From positions 267,113 to 331,112 of the forward strand of contig NMRA01000218.1 of NCBI GenBank assembly GCA_002633005.1: a stretch of 64,000 nt of DNA, written 5' to 3'. Positions 24,940 to 37,333 of this stretch are shown one piece after another. The translations under genes and the position numbers were made by a program. How positions within the stretch are numbered: the stretch's first letter is position 1; each line of letters opens with the position of its first letter. Under the pieces are notes generated by a model that did no database searches, was not told where the DNA came from, and was given only the letters and a program-made list of their open reading frames with translations. The stretch comes from Phoronis australis. Taxonomy: Eukaryota > Animalia > Phoronida.

Positions 24940-25510
24940 ACGTCCATTATGTTGCGAACAAAATAACAAAGAGGAGTGTATAATCACAGCAATACAAAGG
25001 TACTAATAAAGATGAAATCTCAAAAGGCTGTTAACGTTTTCTAAGTTATCATTTCGTTTTTATGCAACTTTTAATTTAAAAAAATCATAAATATCCAATT
25101 TGTGATAATAAAAAAATAATAATTGGAGGTGGTCTGATACACGTTGCACCAGACGTGCGCAGGCCTCGCATGTGGGCCCAATGCACTGATCCCCTGGAAA
25201 TATTTTTATGCTTTATTGATATATGGTTAAAACCGAGCTGAGGAGCTAGAAACCTGGCTCAAGGGTTTAGCAGTGTGACCTAGTGGGATGCGAACCCACG
25301 ACCTCCAGTAAAGAAAGCGGGCACTTATCACTAGGCCACACTGCCTCCCAATTTGTGATAGCTTCATAAAGGAAATTTAATCACTGTAAAAACAATTTCT
25401 GTGACAGCGTGCATAAACTAGTCTACATGTATGATATCTGAAAAATGTGCGTGGAATCAATCAGCTATTTCTGAGATATGATATCCTGAAGTTAGCCATT
25501 TGAGTTGAAA
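24940..25510 (+). repeat. Old dispersed DNA repeat, interrupted by the 25108 SINE; other copies at ~37800-38030 and ~53970-54275
   Basis: Shared block TTTTCTAA(A/G)TTATC(A/G)TTTCGTTTT at ~25037, ~37849 and ~54071. Similarity to the 53970 copy resumes after the SINE (GAATC...TGAGATA...GCCATT). Confidence 0.6.
25108..25349 (-). mobile_element. Full-length tRNA-derived SINE with target-site duplication
   Basis: Minus strand GGGAGGCAGTGTGGCCTAGTGA (A box), GGTTCGCATCC (B box), core CCCTTGAGCCAGG and a (TTA)n-like tail. Direct repeat AATTTGTGATA at 25097-25107 and 25350-25360. Confidence 0.88.
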
Positions 25511-26487
25511 ATTTTTGTTTGCAAAACCAGAGATTCCGTGTTCAGTACATTTAAATAAGCCTACGCTGACATCATGTCGACATGTTGACGTTATGAACTG
25601 TACGGCTGGTCACATCGTTGATCGACCAATCAACACGCGCATGTCGTACATCTTTGTCAAACTGAAAGTTAAATACAGTCTGGGTTCGAGACTAAAACTG
25701 CCTGTGCGGCTTTGTAAATCAAAATCATAGTAAAACAAACGCAAATTGTTGTATGTTTTCCTTAGTAATGAGAATTCGTGGAAAAAATATTATGATTACT
25801 GGAAACGGCTAGTTGTTTTTTCCTAACTCTGTCTGCTAGACCACACATTTTTTCAAGGCATACATTTTTATGGATCAATGGCAATGCGACGCCTTGAAGT
25901 ATAAATACTTCGAAAATATAGCAACAAAGAAACGTTTAACGAGAAAGTTTATCTCATGTTAATTCACTCAACAAACAGGACGAACCAAAAATGATTGAAA
26001 ACAGCGCCTTGGATGTACATCTTTTGCCAGCTTTATTTGGCGCATGCAATGACATTTCAACCTGCTAAGTATCGACAGAGATTCTCTCCATGTTCACTAT
26101 TACGATTACACGAAACAGTTGGCACTTGTTAAAATTCAACCAGTTGAGGCTAATTTGAGAATTGTCCACTCTTTTAACTAGAGAGGGTCGACTTTGTTGA
26201 AGTGAACAAATGGTCTCCACTGCGCTAATCGATGGTATGTATTTAACCGATTTCGTTGATGAACCGTACAAGGTTATTTCGAACAGAGAAAACACGTGTT
26301 CTCGTTGACCTGAAGAATAGCCAACACATCATTCTCATGCATGTAAAACCACCAACTGTTCTTAGCGACCCCACACGGCTCTTTTCTCCTGCTATACATG
26401 TACTTTTTGGGGTTCAAAAACCGGCTAAAGAGCGCATGACTATAAACCTCTGTCCAGCTATCAGCAGCCTCCAGTGTAAGCCGAAAA

Positions 26488-27454
26488 CAGTGGCGGATCT
26501 AGGATATCACAAGGGGGGGGCCCAACATTTTGTCCGGCTGTAAGCATTTGCGCAAACTGAACCACGATTATAGATGCGCATAGCACCGAATGGGGGGAGG
26601 GGGGTTTGCCCCCCTCCCGCCCAGGAAATTTTTCTGTTTTTACCTCTAAAAATCAAGCATTTTCCTTGATTCCTGAAGTATTATCCAAGAAAAACGGCAA
26701 AACGGCAAGTGTCAAACAGGAAAAACTGCAAGTACCAAAGACTCGAACTCACGACCTGGCGGATAGAGCACGCTTGCGTTACCACTAAACCACCACGATT
26801 TAACTACTAATCTCATAGTAAGCGACCTACTTGTTTATGGCCCACAGCGTTTGCGCGCGAAACCTACTTCTTTTTGTAATGCTTATTACACGTTTTATAT
26901 GTTGTGCCATCAACTCTTAACAAATTTGTCGTATTTAAAATGCCCAAAAGACCAAATCCGTTTTTCGTGTTAGCAATAATGACGGGATTGCTTTGGAAAT
27001 CGTCTTAAGCTAAGGTTTGACAAAGACAGTATTGTGAGTTTCTGAGTGATTCACATCTTACCAGCAGCTTCTGTTTTTTCATCGTCACTCAGGTTCCATT
27101 TTCTTTAAAAAATAAAGTAAATTTTCTTCATTGCACAGTGGAGCAGACGACGGCAACGGAGTCGTAGTGCGCAGCGCCGCTGCCGGTCGCCTGGGATATC
27201 GCGGGAGAGCCTATACTTAGACATAGTTCCGTTAAGAATGCGCCGTGTTCCGAATTTGACACTTGAAACTGGATTTGAGCGCCCCCCCAACACTAAAACT
27301 GCACACATTTAAATCTTTTTTCATCCGTATAATTTTAATTACCGGGGTTAATTAATAAACTCAACATTTCCCTACGCTCTTACTGTTTTATTTTTTTTTG
27401 CGGCAGCCAAGGAGGGGGGGGGCAGGGGGCCCGCCCCCCCTAAATCTGCCTATG
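26488..27454 (+). mobile_element. hAT5-like non-autonomous element, 967 bp, perfect 5-bp TSD
   Basis: Ends CAGTGGCGGATCTAGG ... CCTAAATCTGCCTATG, flanked by GAAAA at 26483-26487 and 27455-27459. Contains an antisense tRNA-like segment at 26732-26797. Confidence 0.85.
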
Positions 27455-29116
27455 GAAAATATAGTCAGGCGGTACAGTTTTGACTTCCGTATTTGAAAAG
27501 TCACGTGAGTTGGAACGATAGGTGTCGCATCAATGCGGTATGATCTAACGTTGTACATCGGCACAGAATACCTGGACAGTGAGATAAAAAATGTGCTGCC
27601 GTTGCCAACATGATATTAAATGTAAAAGACAGCTACTGTAACGAGGAGGCCAATCTGAGCCTTTGTTGGGAGGGCCAACCTTCGTAGCTGAGTTACTTGA
27701 CGTCATGTCTGTGACCAACTGCACGGCCAGAATATGCGATCGGAGCCATCTATAGTTACCGCTGCATGTAGGTACTGCAACTTCGCCTTCAATGAGCAAT
27801 CACACGCAATGAGGTTAAACACTCGACTAATTTTCCGGCCTGTAAACTCTTTGTAGCGATTGATTCTGATAACTAACTAAAGTTTAATGGGTAACCATTG
27901 GAGAAATGAGACGTCTAATCAATCACGAGACAGTTTAATTGGATAACAATGGTTCCCAACGTCATCCGGTCTTAGACTCGCTGGTAAATGTACTTCAATG
28001 AAACTGAATTTACTACATGGAAATGTATATATGCATGTGTACGACCATACAGAGAAAAAGGTGTCGCTGAAAGACGACACAGGGATTATTTTCAAAAAGT
28101 CACGAGTTTCCGACGCCCATCTCATGAGTAAGCGGCAGAAACATGAACATATCGGCCGAGAGTCGTGCAATTACTGGGAGATTATGGGGACTTCCAGCCT
28201 TCGTAGGCGACAAAAATCACCAACCTGTTCTTTTGGACTGATGGAAAATTGCGTCGGAATAAAATTTACTCTGATATAGGCCGAGCACGATCACCCGGCG
28301 ACGTGCATACAAACATTTTTGAAAAACGATTATCAAGTTTCCTGTAGCGTTCACAGTCAATGTACGCGCACCAGGATAGCTATATTCATGAGCCGATCTG
28401 TATCAGATTTACATGCATTTGGTAGTCACGTGCCTACGGTACCGATAGAAAACAGTCGACCAGAAAAAAAAATGTCCCGAATCTTGGTCTGACACTGATG
28501 ACGCCAGCGTCACCGAGTTCATAGAAAATAAATCGATAGACTTCAGTAATTCAAAACGCACCATTTACGGTTTGCACACAGCACATAAACAGTGACGGCT
28601 GTGACGAAAAAATATAATTAAAGAAAAGCGACAGCTCCTACAAATGAACGTTCACAGCAAGTTGCTGTACAGTACGTGACTTGTCTGTGTCTATGTTGGC
28701 GACAACTCGTAATGGCACTGGTAAATTCATAATTTTTAAATTAAAATCATCCGATTAAGACTGAATACAACACACCTAAGCAACAGGTACATCCTGCACG
28801 TATGGGATCGAGTGGCATTGCGAAGTGAAACACCTGTTATAAAACGTCTCAAGTCTTCGGGGGCAATATTCCGTGTCAACGAGTGCAGAGAGGACAATGA
28901 ACAAGTTGGTTTACTGGTGTGTACGGAGGTCTTACCAACTTTTACACCTAACTAAGACACTACTGTGTACGGTTTTGATGAAACGTTCGTATAACTTAAT
29001 TTAATTCGGTTTTCAAACCTATTCACAGAGTATCAAATATTAACCAAGGAACTATATTAGATCTAAAGGATTATCAGGCCTTTTACACGCTTCATGTATC
29101 CCTTTTTCAGCACAAA

Positions 29117-29164
29117 TACATGTACATGTACGTATACTGTAGGCCTATACATGTACTGTAGCTA
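29117..29164. repeat. Compound TA-delimited micro-array (putative stacked transposon excision footprints)
   Basis: Parses completely as TA-CATG-TA-CATG-TA-CG-TA-TA-CTG-TA-GGCC-TA-TA-CATG-TA-CTG-TA-GC-TA. Confidence 0.6.
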
Positions 29165-29720
29165 GTGCGGAACAATCCATGAATACAGGGTGAAAATTTA
29201 ACTGAACTAATACCTTTTGAAACCGATGATAGTCGGTCACAAATTTTATCTGAAACACCTTCCTTCGTCAATTAATGCTTTTCAAGTGCGTTTACATGTA
29301 CACGTATACAAATATGACTTCTCAGGGCCACAGTGAAGCGGGGGAGGGCACGTGCCCTAGTTGAGTAGCAGGCGACAGGGTGAACCCGTGGCAACCGACA
29401 TAGGGGCCGGAGCGGGGACAATCGGGAAAGACGCAGCAGAACATGTAGAAGAGTTTGTCAACGATTATTACTTGAAGCTGTTGTGCACGAGTCTGTTGCT
29501 TTCTGGTTCACATATTTTCATGCATGTACCTACGAAAATCAACTGATACAAAGACATCTATCTATATTTTGATGATTAGAGAACAACCTGAGAGATGGAT
29601 GATGTTTCAGCGAACTTAGGATGAAACTTAAGAAAATAACGGCCATGTCTGCTTCGCTTTTTTGAATATAGCAGCGGACGAAGCACTTAAAATAACATGA
29701 CTTGACATCCGAGGATAAAT

Positions 29721-29805
29721 ACATGGGCAAAACTTGGAAATTTCGTCAGAATCCAGATCCTTGCCGTGGGATTTTGACAAAATTTCCAAGAGGTTTTACC
29801 CATGT
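29721..29805. other. 85-nt imperfect hairpin, probably the palindromic core of a repeat
   Basis: ACATGGGCAAAACTTGGAAATTTCGTCAGAATCCA, an 11-nt loop, then TGGGATTTTGACAAAATTTCCAAGAGGTTTTACCCATGT. Confidence 0.75.
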
Positions 29806-30365
29806 CAGACGAATGTAGGATTTGTTTTCTCGCATGCCCCGTAAAACTGAGCCTTTTCTCCGAAAATCTCGTTGTGTCTAAAACTTTCAACCACATGACC
29901 CATGTATTAAGTAAACTCAGATACTTTTTGATTGCAGTTTCATTTTAGCAAATGTTAAAGTTAGAATCTAATAAGTAGTCTTTGAAGTTGTAATATAAAG
30001 TATTAACAAATGTTTATAAATAGGTCAGCACTGAATTGACCTTGCGACACCACAGCTAGATATTCTCACAGCGTTTCTTGAGTTGGGGTTCCTTTCCGTT
30101 TGAATGAAGGTGGATATGGAATTCGCCGCCGAAGAAGGGTCCGTTTAAGAAGTTGTTTGCATGTCCTTCCAACTGGAGGTTCGTACATTTGAGACACCCG
30201 ATTTTTCAATGAAAACCTTGTCATCTTCACAGAATTCTGGCATCTTTAGTGGTTGGCGGTCGATTGGTTATTGATATTAGTGTTTTGCAGACGATAAACT
30301 GTAAAGCGATTTCTACTTTACACTTTTTTGCTATTCGCCCATGTAATATCAAAAAAATAGATACT

Positions 30366-30507
30366 CATGGGCGGCGCAGCACTGAAAAAAGTGGGGGCCA
30401 AAGCTCCCTCAGTCTCCTTGTGGGGCACCACCTATAGACTGTGTGCAGCGTAGCACTGAAAAAAGTGGGGCTATAGCCCCCCAGCCCCCTATGGTGCGCC
30501 GCCCATG
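30366..30507. mobile_element. Second copy of the dimeric CATGGGCGGCGC MITE
   Basis: Perfect terminal IR CATGGGCGGCGCA / TGCGCCGCCCATG. Two GCACTGAAAAAAGTGGGG units joined by TATAGAC, as in the 10923 copy. Confidence 0.8.
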
Positions 30508-31299
30508 GTACACGGTGTTATTACCCAGTCGTGTCGTAACACATTCCAGGTCATGTGAGAATCATGCATATTGAAGGTATACGTCATGTGTATTCACTTG
30601 TAGGCGTAATTAACTATTCGGTTACCTAAAACAATAAATACGTGTAGCTGTGACTCGCTACTTCTACGGACGCAAGTTGGACAAAGAAATTCGCTCCATA
30701 TGTAATAATGTTTTTCGTGACTAAGGGCCAGCTCGGCAGGCTGCATCAACACGAAGATAGTTTTGCTCACTTTGAGCAAGCGATTAGCTTCTTCAACAGA
30801 CACGTCCTGAAATAGCACAACACCACTCTCACATCATAAGACATTTACCCACAATGCAGCACATGTGTCAAGCACTTGTCCTGCTTCCTCATGTCCTAAC
30901 TATTATGTAATGCAGGCATTGTTGTAATTTGTGTGGCAATGCTGACACCAAGAAATTAGCAAGAGCAAAGCTGGCCGGGGCGTTGACATGCGCCCACAGT
31001 GCATCGCGGACGATATGTTTCTAGGTACAATAACTTTACCAAATTTACCATAATGGAAAGCTACTGTATAGCAGCAAAGCGTTGACATGCACCAACGGTG
31101 CAAACAAACGGTTTGCTTCTAGGTGTGCTTACACGTTTCATGCAATAGGATAACATAAAATTTGACCACTGATGGCAGGTACATCAGTGACACTAAGCTA
31201 AAAATCGGTTGTATCTTGATAGTGTCAAATCAATTACGTTTCTTTTAAAAATAGTTTTTCAAGGCTGTCAAGGGAGAGGGGGCATTTTACCTTAACATG

Positions 31300-31740
31300 T
31301 TGTCTGACTATACTAAAAAGTCCCCTGTCGAGAATACAATGGAGACAAGGGGGTGTTGTGGTAGTCGAATACACTAGAAAATTTAATGGTGCCAGCAATT
31401 TGACACCATTTACCTGTTTGACAAGTTTTATCAGTTGAAATCCAACAACGGGCTCTCTAAATATCACCCGGAAACGTTCTTGCCAGAAATGGTCAGTATG
31501 AGGCTCTGCAATTGCCAAATGAGCCCGAAAATCGAATTGCACCGGCGCCGGCACTGACATCACATAATCCTGTGCAAAGTTCCATTGAAATCCATTAATC
31601 GGTTCTTTCGCTATCATCCAGACTGGTGTTTTTGAGATATCGAATGGACACCCGGACGCCCGGAAAGAGAGCACAGTGTCGCACAGTGTATGTAGACACA
31701 CGACTAGAGACTTGTTGTTGTCAGGAGACGCAATAATCAA
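31300..31740 (-). mobile_element. Helentron-associated (HINE/DINE-like) non-autonomous element
   Basis: Minus strand starts TTATTGCGTCTCCTGAC with a matching 3' subterminal GACAGGGGAC, has a CGTCC-type short simple repeat, and two diverged internal cores (GATAGCGAAAGAACCGATTAATGGATTTCAATGGAACTTTG and GATATTTAGAGAGCCCGTTGTTGGATTTCAACTGATAAAACTTG). Confidence 0.55.
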
Positions 31741-34561
31741 TTTCACTGGCCTCTGAATAAAGTATTAAAACCGTTTAGGTGTTTATCTCAACTCGCCCTA
31801 ATATTGCGAGGCAGCTAAAAATCAAGCAATTGAGCCATTCGCCACCAAAACTCATTTTCGCGAAGACCCGAGGTACATGTACGATATACTGTACGTAGAG
31901 CCACAGGCTGGGTGTATTTGGATTCTCAGTCACTTCCACACTGATATAATGTTATTTTAATTTTAAAAACACTTTCCTTAAATGTTAATCGTTTAGGCTC
32001 ATGCGTCTAAGCTTCACTTTCAATGTGTATCCGTTGTATACATTGACTCTTAGAGTGAGTGTTTTTGTTTTTGTCCACCGATTCTTAGTTAACATTGAAT
32101 TAGTTAATGCTAAATAATATACACGTCAACCACAACCTTTTTTCACTCTAAATATTTTTTAGAACAGTTGTTCTACGCCTTTTCTCAAATGTTTCACATA
32201 AGTGCGCATGCGCTTAATTTCGGATACCGTACATCGTCTCATATGGGTGCATGGGCCTAAGTGCACAGATACGGCTAGTGCGTAAAAGAGAATGAAAAGC
32301 ATAGGAACTCAACAATGCTTTTTTAGCATATACATGTCCCGACGAAGTTATTGTGCAAACACGCAGCATATTGGTTAAAACAAACGATGCACTCAGGTTT
32401 CGCCCTGAATATAAAATTTGCATTTTTTTCGAAAATCCGTTTTGTCCGTACAATAAGTTTTCCCAATGGCATATCCAGGCTAGGGCAAGGTTGCAACAGT
32501 AATTTTTTCTCTGGAGACGTGTTCACGTAAACTTTAAACCGGTATGCCGGCGGCATATTTCCTTCCTTGGGTCGTGTTCGGAGTGGAGGGGGACATGTCT
32601 CTACAGTTTCCCCGCTTCCTATAATGAGCTTGAATTATCAGGTCAATGCGAGTCAAACTCATAATAACACGTTGTCATTCTGAATACAAAGTCAACAGGT
32701 GTCACTCATCGTTGGCAGGTTATCAGCTGGTTCTAAACATCAATGAAACTTTAATTATTACACTAGTGGTTGTTAACCCGGTAGACTCAGTAACATCTGA
32801 AATCCCCTTCAATTTATTCTCACACATTTGTTTCATAACCAATTATCTTGCGCGGTGACGGCTTTGCAACGCATACTCTGGGTTGGAGTTGTAGATCTGT
32901 CGCACGTTTTCGCATGCATATCAAATCCTCTTAAAATACATGTACTTCATCAAAATATTTTAATACGCACGCTAAAAATTCGTTTACTTCTACTTTTGTG
33001 CGTCACACATCTAACGTACATGTACATGTATTAGCTAATCCTACATATGCTTTGCGTACGCAAAGGCGCAGGCATCAGTATTATCCTTGCATCAAATCGC
33101 TCAATATGCAGTGCACGTGCCATGGGTATTCCGGACTGACTCAACTTATGCCTGCTGACTGGCCGCAATGTGTCGACATTCGCTACGAGTTTGTTTAGCG
33201 TGCGTTATATCTATCTTCGGTATAGGTCCTATATACGCGGCTCAATAGCTCGTGCAGGTATAGCGTTCGAATTATTTATCCATTATGCGAAAATGCAGCA
33301 TACTTTTTCCGCGCTCGACTGATGCAGGACCTATGTACTGCATATTTAAAACGTATGGACTGCATTGCTTTGTATATGCCCACAACTACAAGACGCACTG
33401 GGCCGTACTTTGCGCATTCCCGTGTACATACATGTAAATTGACACAAAACGATGGATATGCATATAAGATGCGTATTGTGCGTGCGACTGCGTATGAAAG
33501 AAATGTTAATGAGCAACTCACAAGGAATTAGGAAATGTAGCGGCAGAGACGACGAGCGTAGACCCAAGACAATCGCGAGTGAAGCTGGTGTAACCAAGTG
33601 CTTCGTTTGTTATGCATGCGATATCTCGCGAAGGCTACCGTGATCTTCGAGGGTTCCTTTGGTCTACGGAGCGCAGATAGGCCTTCAGTTCCTAGTAAAT
33701 GCACAACACTCAGGCAAACTAAATTTTACATACCTGTACATACCTGTCTTCGTGTTGTACTGGATATAAAATATTTGGAGTAAAATGTTTTTATATTGCG
33801 ACTAGTTGACTTCGAGCAGAATGCCAGCAAAGCAAAGAAACGGTATGTTTGTATTCTCCATACGACTGATATAACCTTTTTAAAATGCGAAAATGCGAAA
33901 ATGGTCACTAATCAACCCCTGGTAATGTCGAAGCGGCCGAAAAAAGGTGTAGGAAGCGACTCCCCGTTTTTTTAATCGTGTGGATGTATTTCAGCAAGAA
34001 GGTCCACATTCTCAGAAGTTCAAAACCCTCATTCATTTCAAGTTGGTTGCAAGCCTGCAGTCGTGCTTTACGCGATTGCCCGAGACAAAGTGTTGGGCAT
34101 CCCTATGGTTTACTAGATCCGCCACTGCTATGAGACCTGTTTTGAAAATAATAACGAAGACCTTTAGCGCCTGATGGAATATCCACATCTCTAAATGTGT
34201 TGTACGTGTTAGTATAAATCGATTCGTCCGTCAAACGTATGATACGAGATTGCTTATCAAACACTGTTGACGACCGAGGGGTCATTATGCTTGTTATGAC
34301 CTAAGGACAAAGCTCAAGGGATACTTTGTTGTATTTTACGGGGGGGGGGGCTGAAAAATAGGACACCCACCGGCGTAGGCGTAACAACGGCACGTTTAAA
34401 GGGTTATCCCGTAAGCCTAAGGAAACGTTGACAGCTGAAGTTTTACCTCACACAGCATGAACCATGAACCAATGCAAGAAGAGATGCCTTGTAGTTAAGA
34501 TTGATAACACTTTGGAATAAAAGTTTTAAAATACATGTATACATATAACAACAGCAGCCCT

Positions 34562-37333
34562 CCGGGAGATCTGAATAGATGAAAAGGGAAACTTTTGTAG
34601 TTTTGAACTCCTAAAGTGACTCCTTTCGTAGAGATTGTCGTCATTCCGAGCGGCACGTACCGTACATGTATACCTTTTCTGTGAGAGTAACCGCGGGTGA
34701 CGAAGGAAGCCGTGTGAACACGTCCCGGCAGTCGGAACAAGTGTCATATAAGTAATAAAGGCGATGCACCGCAGCAACCAACCTTGCAGTTTGTCCTTGA
34801 GGTTATTCGCGAGTAACAGGTCAATTACAGTAACAGCACAATTTACGTTCGTGCGCATTAGGGCTGAGTTGTGAAAACGGCGTAGTTGGCCTCAAGAGTT
34901 GCACGTCAACGAATCAACGCACTCGCAAAGATGAGATTGGGTTTACCTATAAACTAAGAAGGTGGTTAAGTCTGACAAATGAGGTTTACCTTTGTGTAAT
35001 GGGGGTGTGCGAATGTTGTTGGCATGAATCATGAAAAACCGCTATAGTAGGCTACCCGAACAACACGGCTCACAAATTTACAGGTCTGCGGGTCGACTTC
35101 ATCAGTGCGTTAGCCGTGTTGTTCGGTAACATGTTAGGGAATTTAGGCTACTTGTATCTTAAAGTGCTTGAAACCCCCATTTACCGTGTTTAGACAAACG
35201 ACTACTTTGTCAGCATCATTAAATCTTCATTTGTAGCACTGCATATCACAACCGCGAATGCAATATCCCAAAAACGAGAAAATAGAAGACAATTTCTTAG
35301 CTACATGTACAAGGGTCTGAATGTGGCGTATGACCTTATAAACGCTCAGTGAGCGCAAGTGGGTCATGTTCACCAAAACGCGATTTTTTGTACAAACTTT
35401 GTCACGCGGGAATGTGCAGGAAGCAGAGTTGACACAAAAGCTATAAGCGTAAAGCCTCACCATTGTTTATTATCCCACAAATCACGGGAAAACGATCGGC
35501 AACATCTAGCGACTTTTTGCAAAAAACACAAAGGATGACGACTGATGTTGTGATTGGTTGTTCCGATTCCACGTGGTTTTGTATCGACCAACAAATGCTC
35601 GCAACTCGCGATAATCTAATTAACATAACGATACATTTATCTTCAGATAGTGTTTGAGGTTGTTCTGGTCGACTGATGGGTTTCTATTTGGTGATTTCAA
35701 TATGGAATTGGTGAATCTAAGCACTTTAAAGTCCAACGAAGGCTGCGTGACGGAGGGAAGACTGGTGATCTGTCTGTAAATAACTAATTATTGGATATAC
35801 CGAAGAAGGCAGTTAGATAATTCATTGCAAAACAAGCTTTTTTGAAATTGTGCAAATCACAACGTTACCTGTGGTAGTTGTAAAGCATAAATGAATTAAA
35901 ATACACTACCGAGTGGTATCACATACAGCCGGATCAAGTCGGTTTACGAAANTCGGGAGATCTGAATAGATGAAAAGGGAAACTTTTGTAGTTTTGAACT
36001 CCTAAAGTGACTCCTTTCGTAGAGATTGTCGTCATTCCGAGCGGCACGTACCGTACATGCATACCTCTTTTGTGAGAGTAACCGCGGGTGACGAAGGAAG
36101 CCGTGTGAACACGTCCCGGCAGTCGGAACAAGTGTCATAGGAGTAATAAAGGAGATGCACCGCAGCAACCAACCTTGCAGTTTGTCCTTGAGGTTATTCG
36201 CGAGTAACAGATCAATTACAACAGCACAATTTACGTTCGTGCGCATTAGGGCTGAGTTGTGAAAACGGCGTAGTTGGCCTCAAGAGTTGCACGTCAACGA
36301 ATCAACACACTCGCAAAGATGAGATTGGGTTTACCTATAAACTAAGAAGGTGGTTAAATTTTACAAATGAGGTTTACCTTTGTGTAATGGTGGTGTGCGA
36401 ATGCTGTTGGCATGAATCATGAAAAACCGCTATAGCAGGCTACCCGAACAACACGGCTCACAAATTTACAGTTCTGCGGGTCGACTTCATCAGTGCGTTA
36501 GTCGTGTTGTTCGGTAACATGTTAGGGAATTTAGGCTACTTGTATCTTAAAGTGCTTCAAACCCCCATTTACCGTGTTTAGACAAACGACTACTTTGTCA
36601 GCATCATTAAATCTTCATTTGTAGCACTGCATATCACAACCGCGAATGCAATATCCCAAAAACGAGAAAATAGAAGACAATTTCTTAGCTACAAGGATCT
36701 GAATGTGGCGTATGACCTTATAAACGCTCAGTGAGCGCAAGTGGGTCATGTTCACCAAAACGCGATTTTTTGTACAAACTTTGTCACGCGGGAATGTGCA
36801 GGAAGCAGAGTTGACACAAAAGCTGTAAGCGTAAAGCCTCACCATTGTTTATTATCCCACAAATCACGGGAAAACGATCGGCAACATCTAGCGACTTTTT
36901 GCACAAAACACAAAGGATGACGACTGATGTTGTGATTGGTTGTTCCGATTCCACGTGGTTTTGTATCGACCAACAAATGCTCGCAACTCGAGATAATCTA
37001 ATTAACATAACGATACATTTATCTTCAGATAGTGTTTGAGGTTGTTCTGGTCGACTGATGGGTTTCTATTTGGTGATTTCAATATGGAATTGGTGAATCT
37101 AAGCACTTTAAAGTCCAACGAAGGCTGCGTGACGGAGGGAAGACTGGTGATCTGTCTGTAAATAACTAATTATTGGATATACCGAAGAAGGCAGTTAGAT
37201 AATTCATTGCAAAACAAGCTTTTTTGAAATTGTGCAAATCACAACGTTACCTGTGGTAGTTGTAAAGCATAAATGAATTAAAATACACTACCGAGTGGTA
37301 TCACATACAGCCGGATCAAGTCGGTTTACGAAA
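34562..37333. other. ~1.39-kb tandem duplication split by a single N (35952); probable two haplotypes
   Basis: 34562-35951 versus 35953-37333, collinear with scattered SNPs and small indels. Confidence 0.85.
35056..35126. repeat. 71-bp mini inverted-repeat element
   Basis: Perfect 15-bp IR CCGAACAACACGGCT (35056-35070) and AGCCGTGTTGTTCGG (35112-35126). The duplicate copy has one mismatch. Confidence 0.7.

Noticed and set aside
31234-31746. 170-aa ORF on the minus strand
   Set aside because: Coincides with a HINE-like non-coding repeat, has a non-ATG start and no recognisable domain.
32850-33600. Region rich in GCGTA/TACGC/TGCAT motifs with many overlapping short ORFs
   Set aside because: Probably an old non-autonomous DNA element, but termini and TSD could not be defined and the ORFs have no recognisable domains.
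34823-34836. TACAGTA versus TACA difference between duplicate copies as a second footprint polymorphism
   Set aside because: The indel is 3 bp, not the 5 bp expected for TA to TA-CAG-TA.
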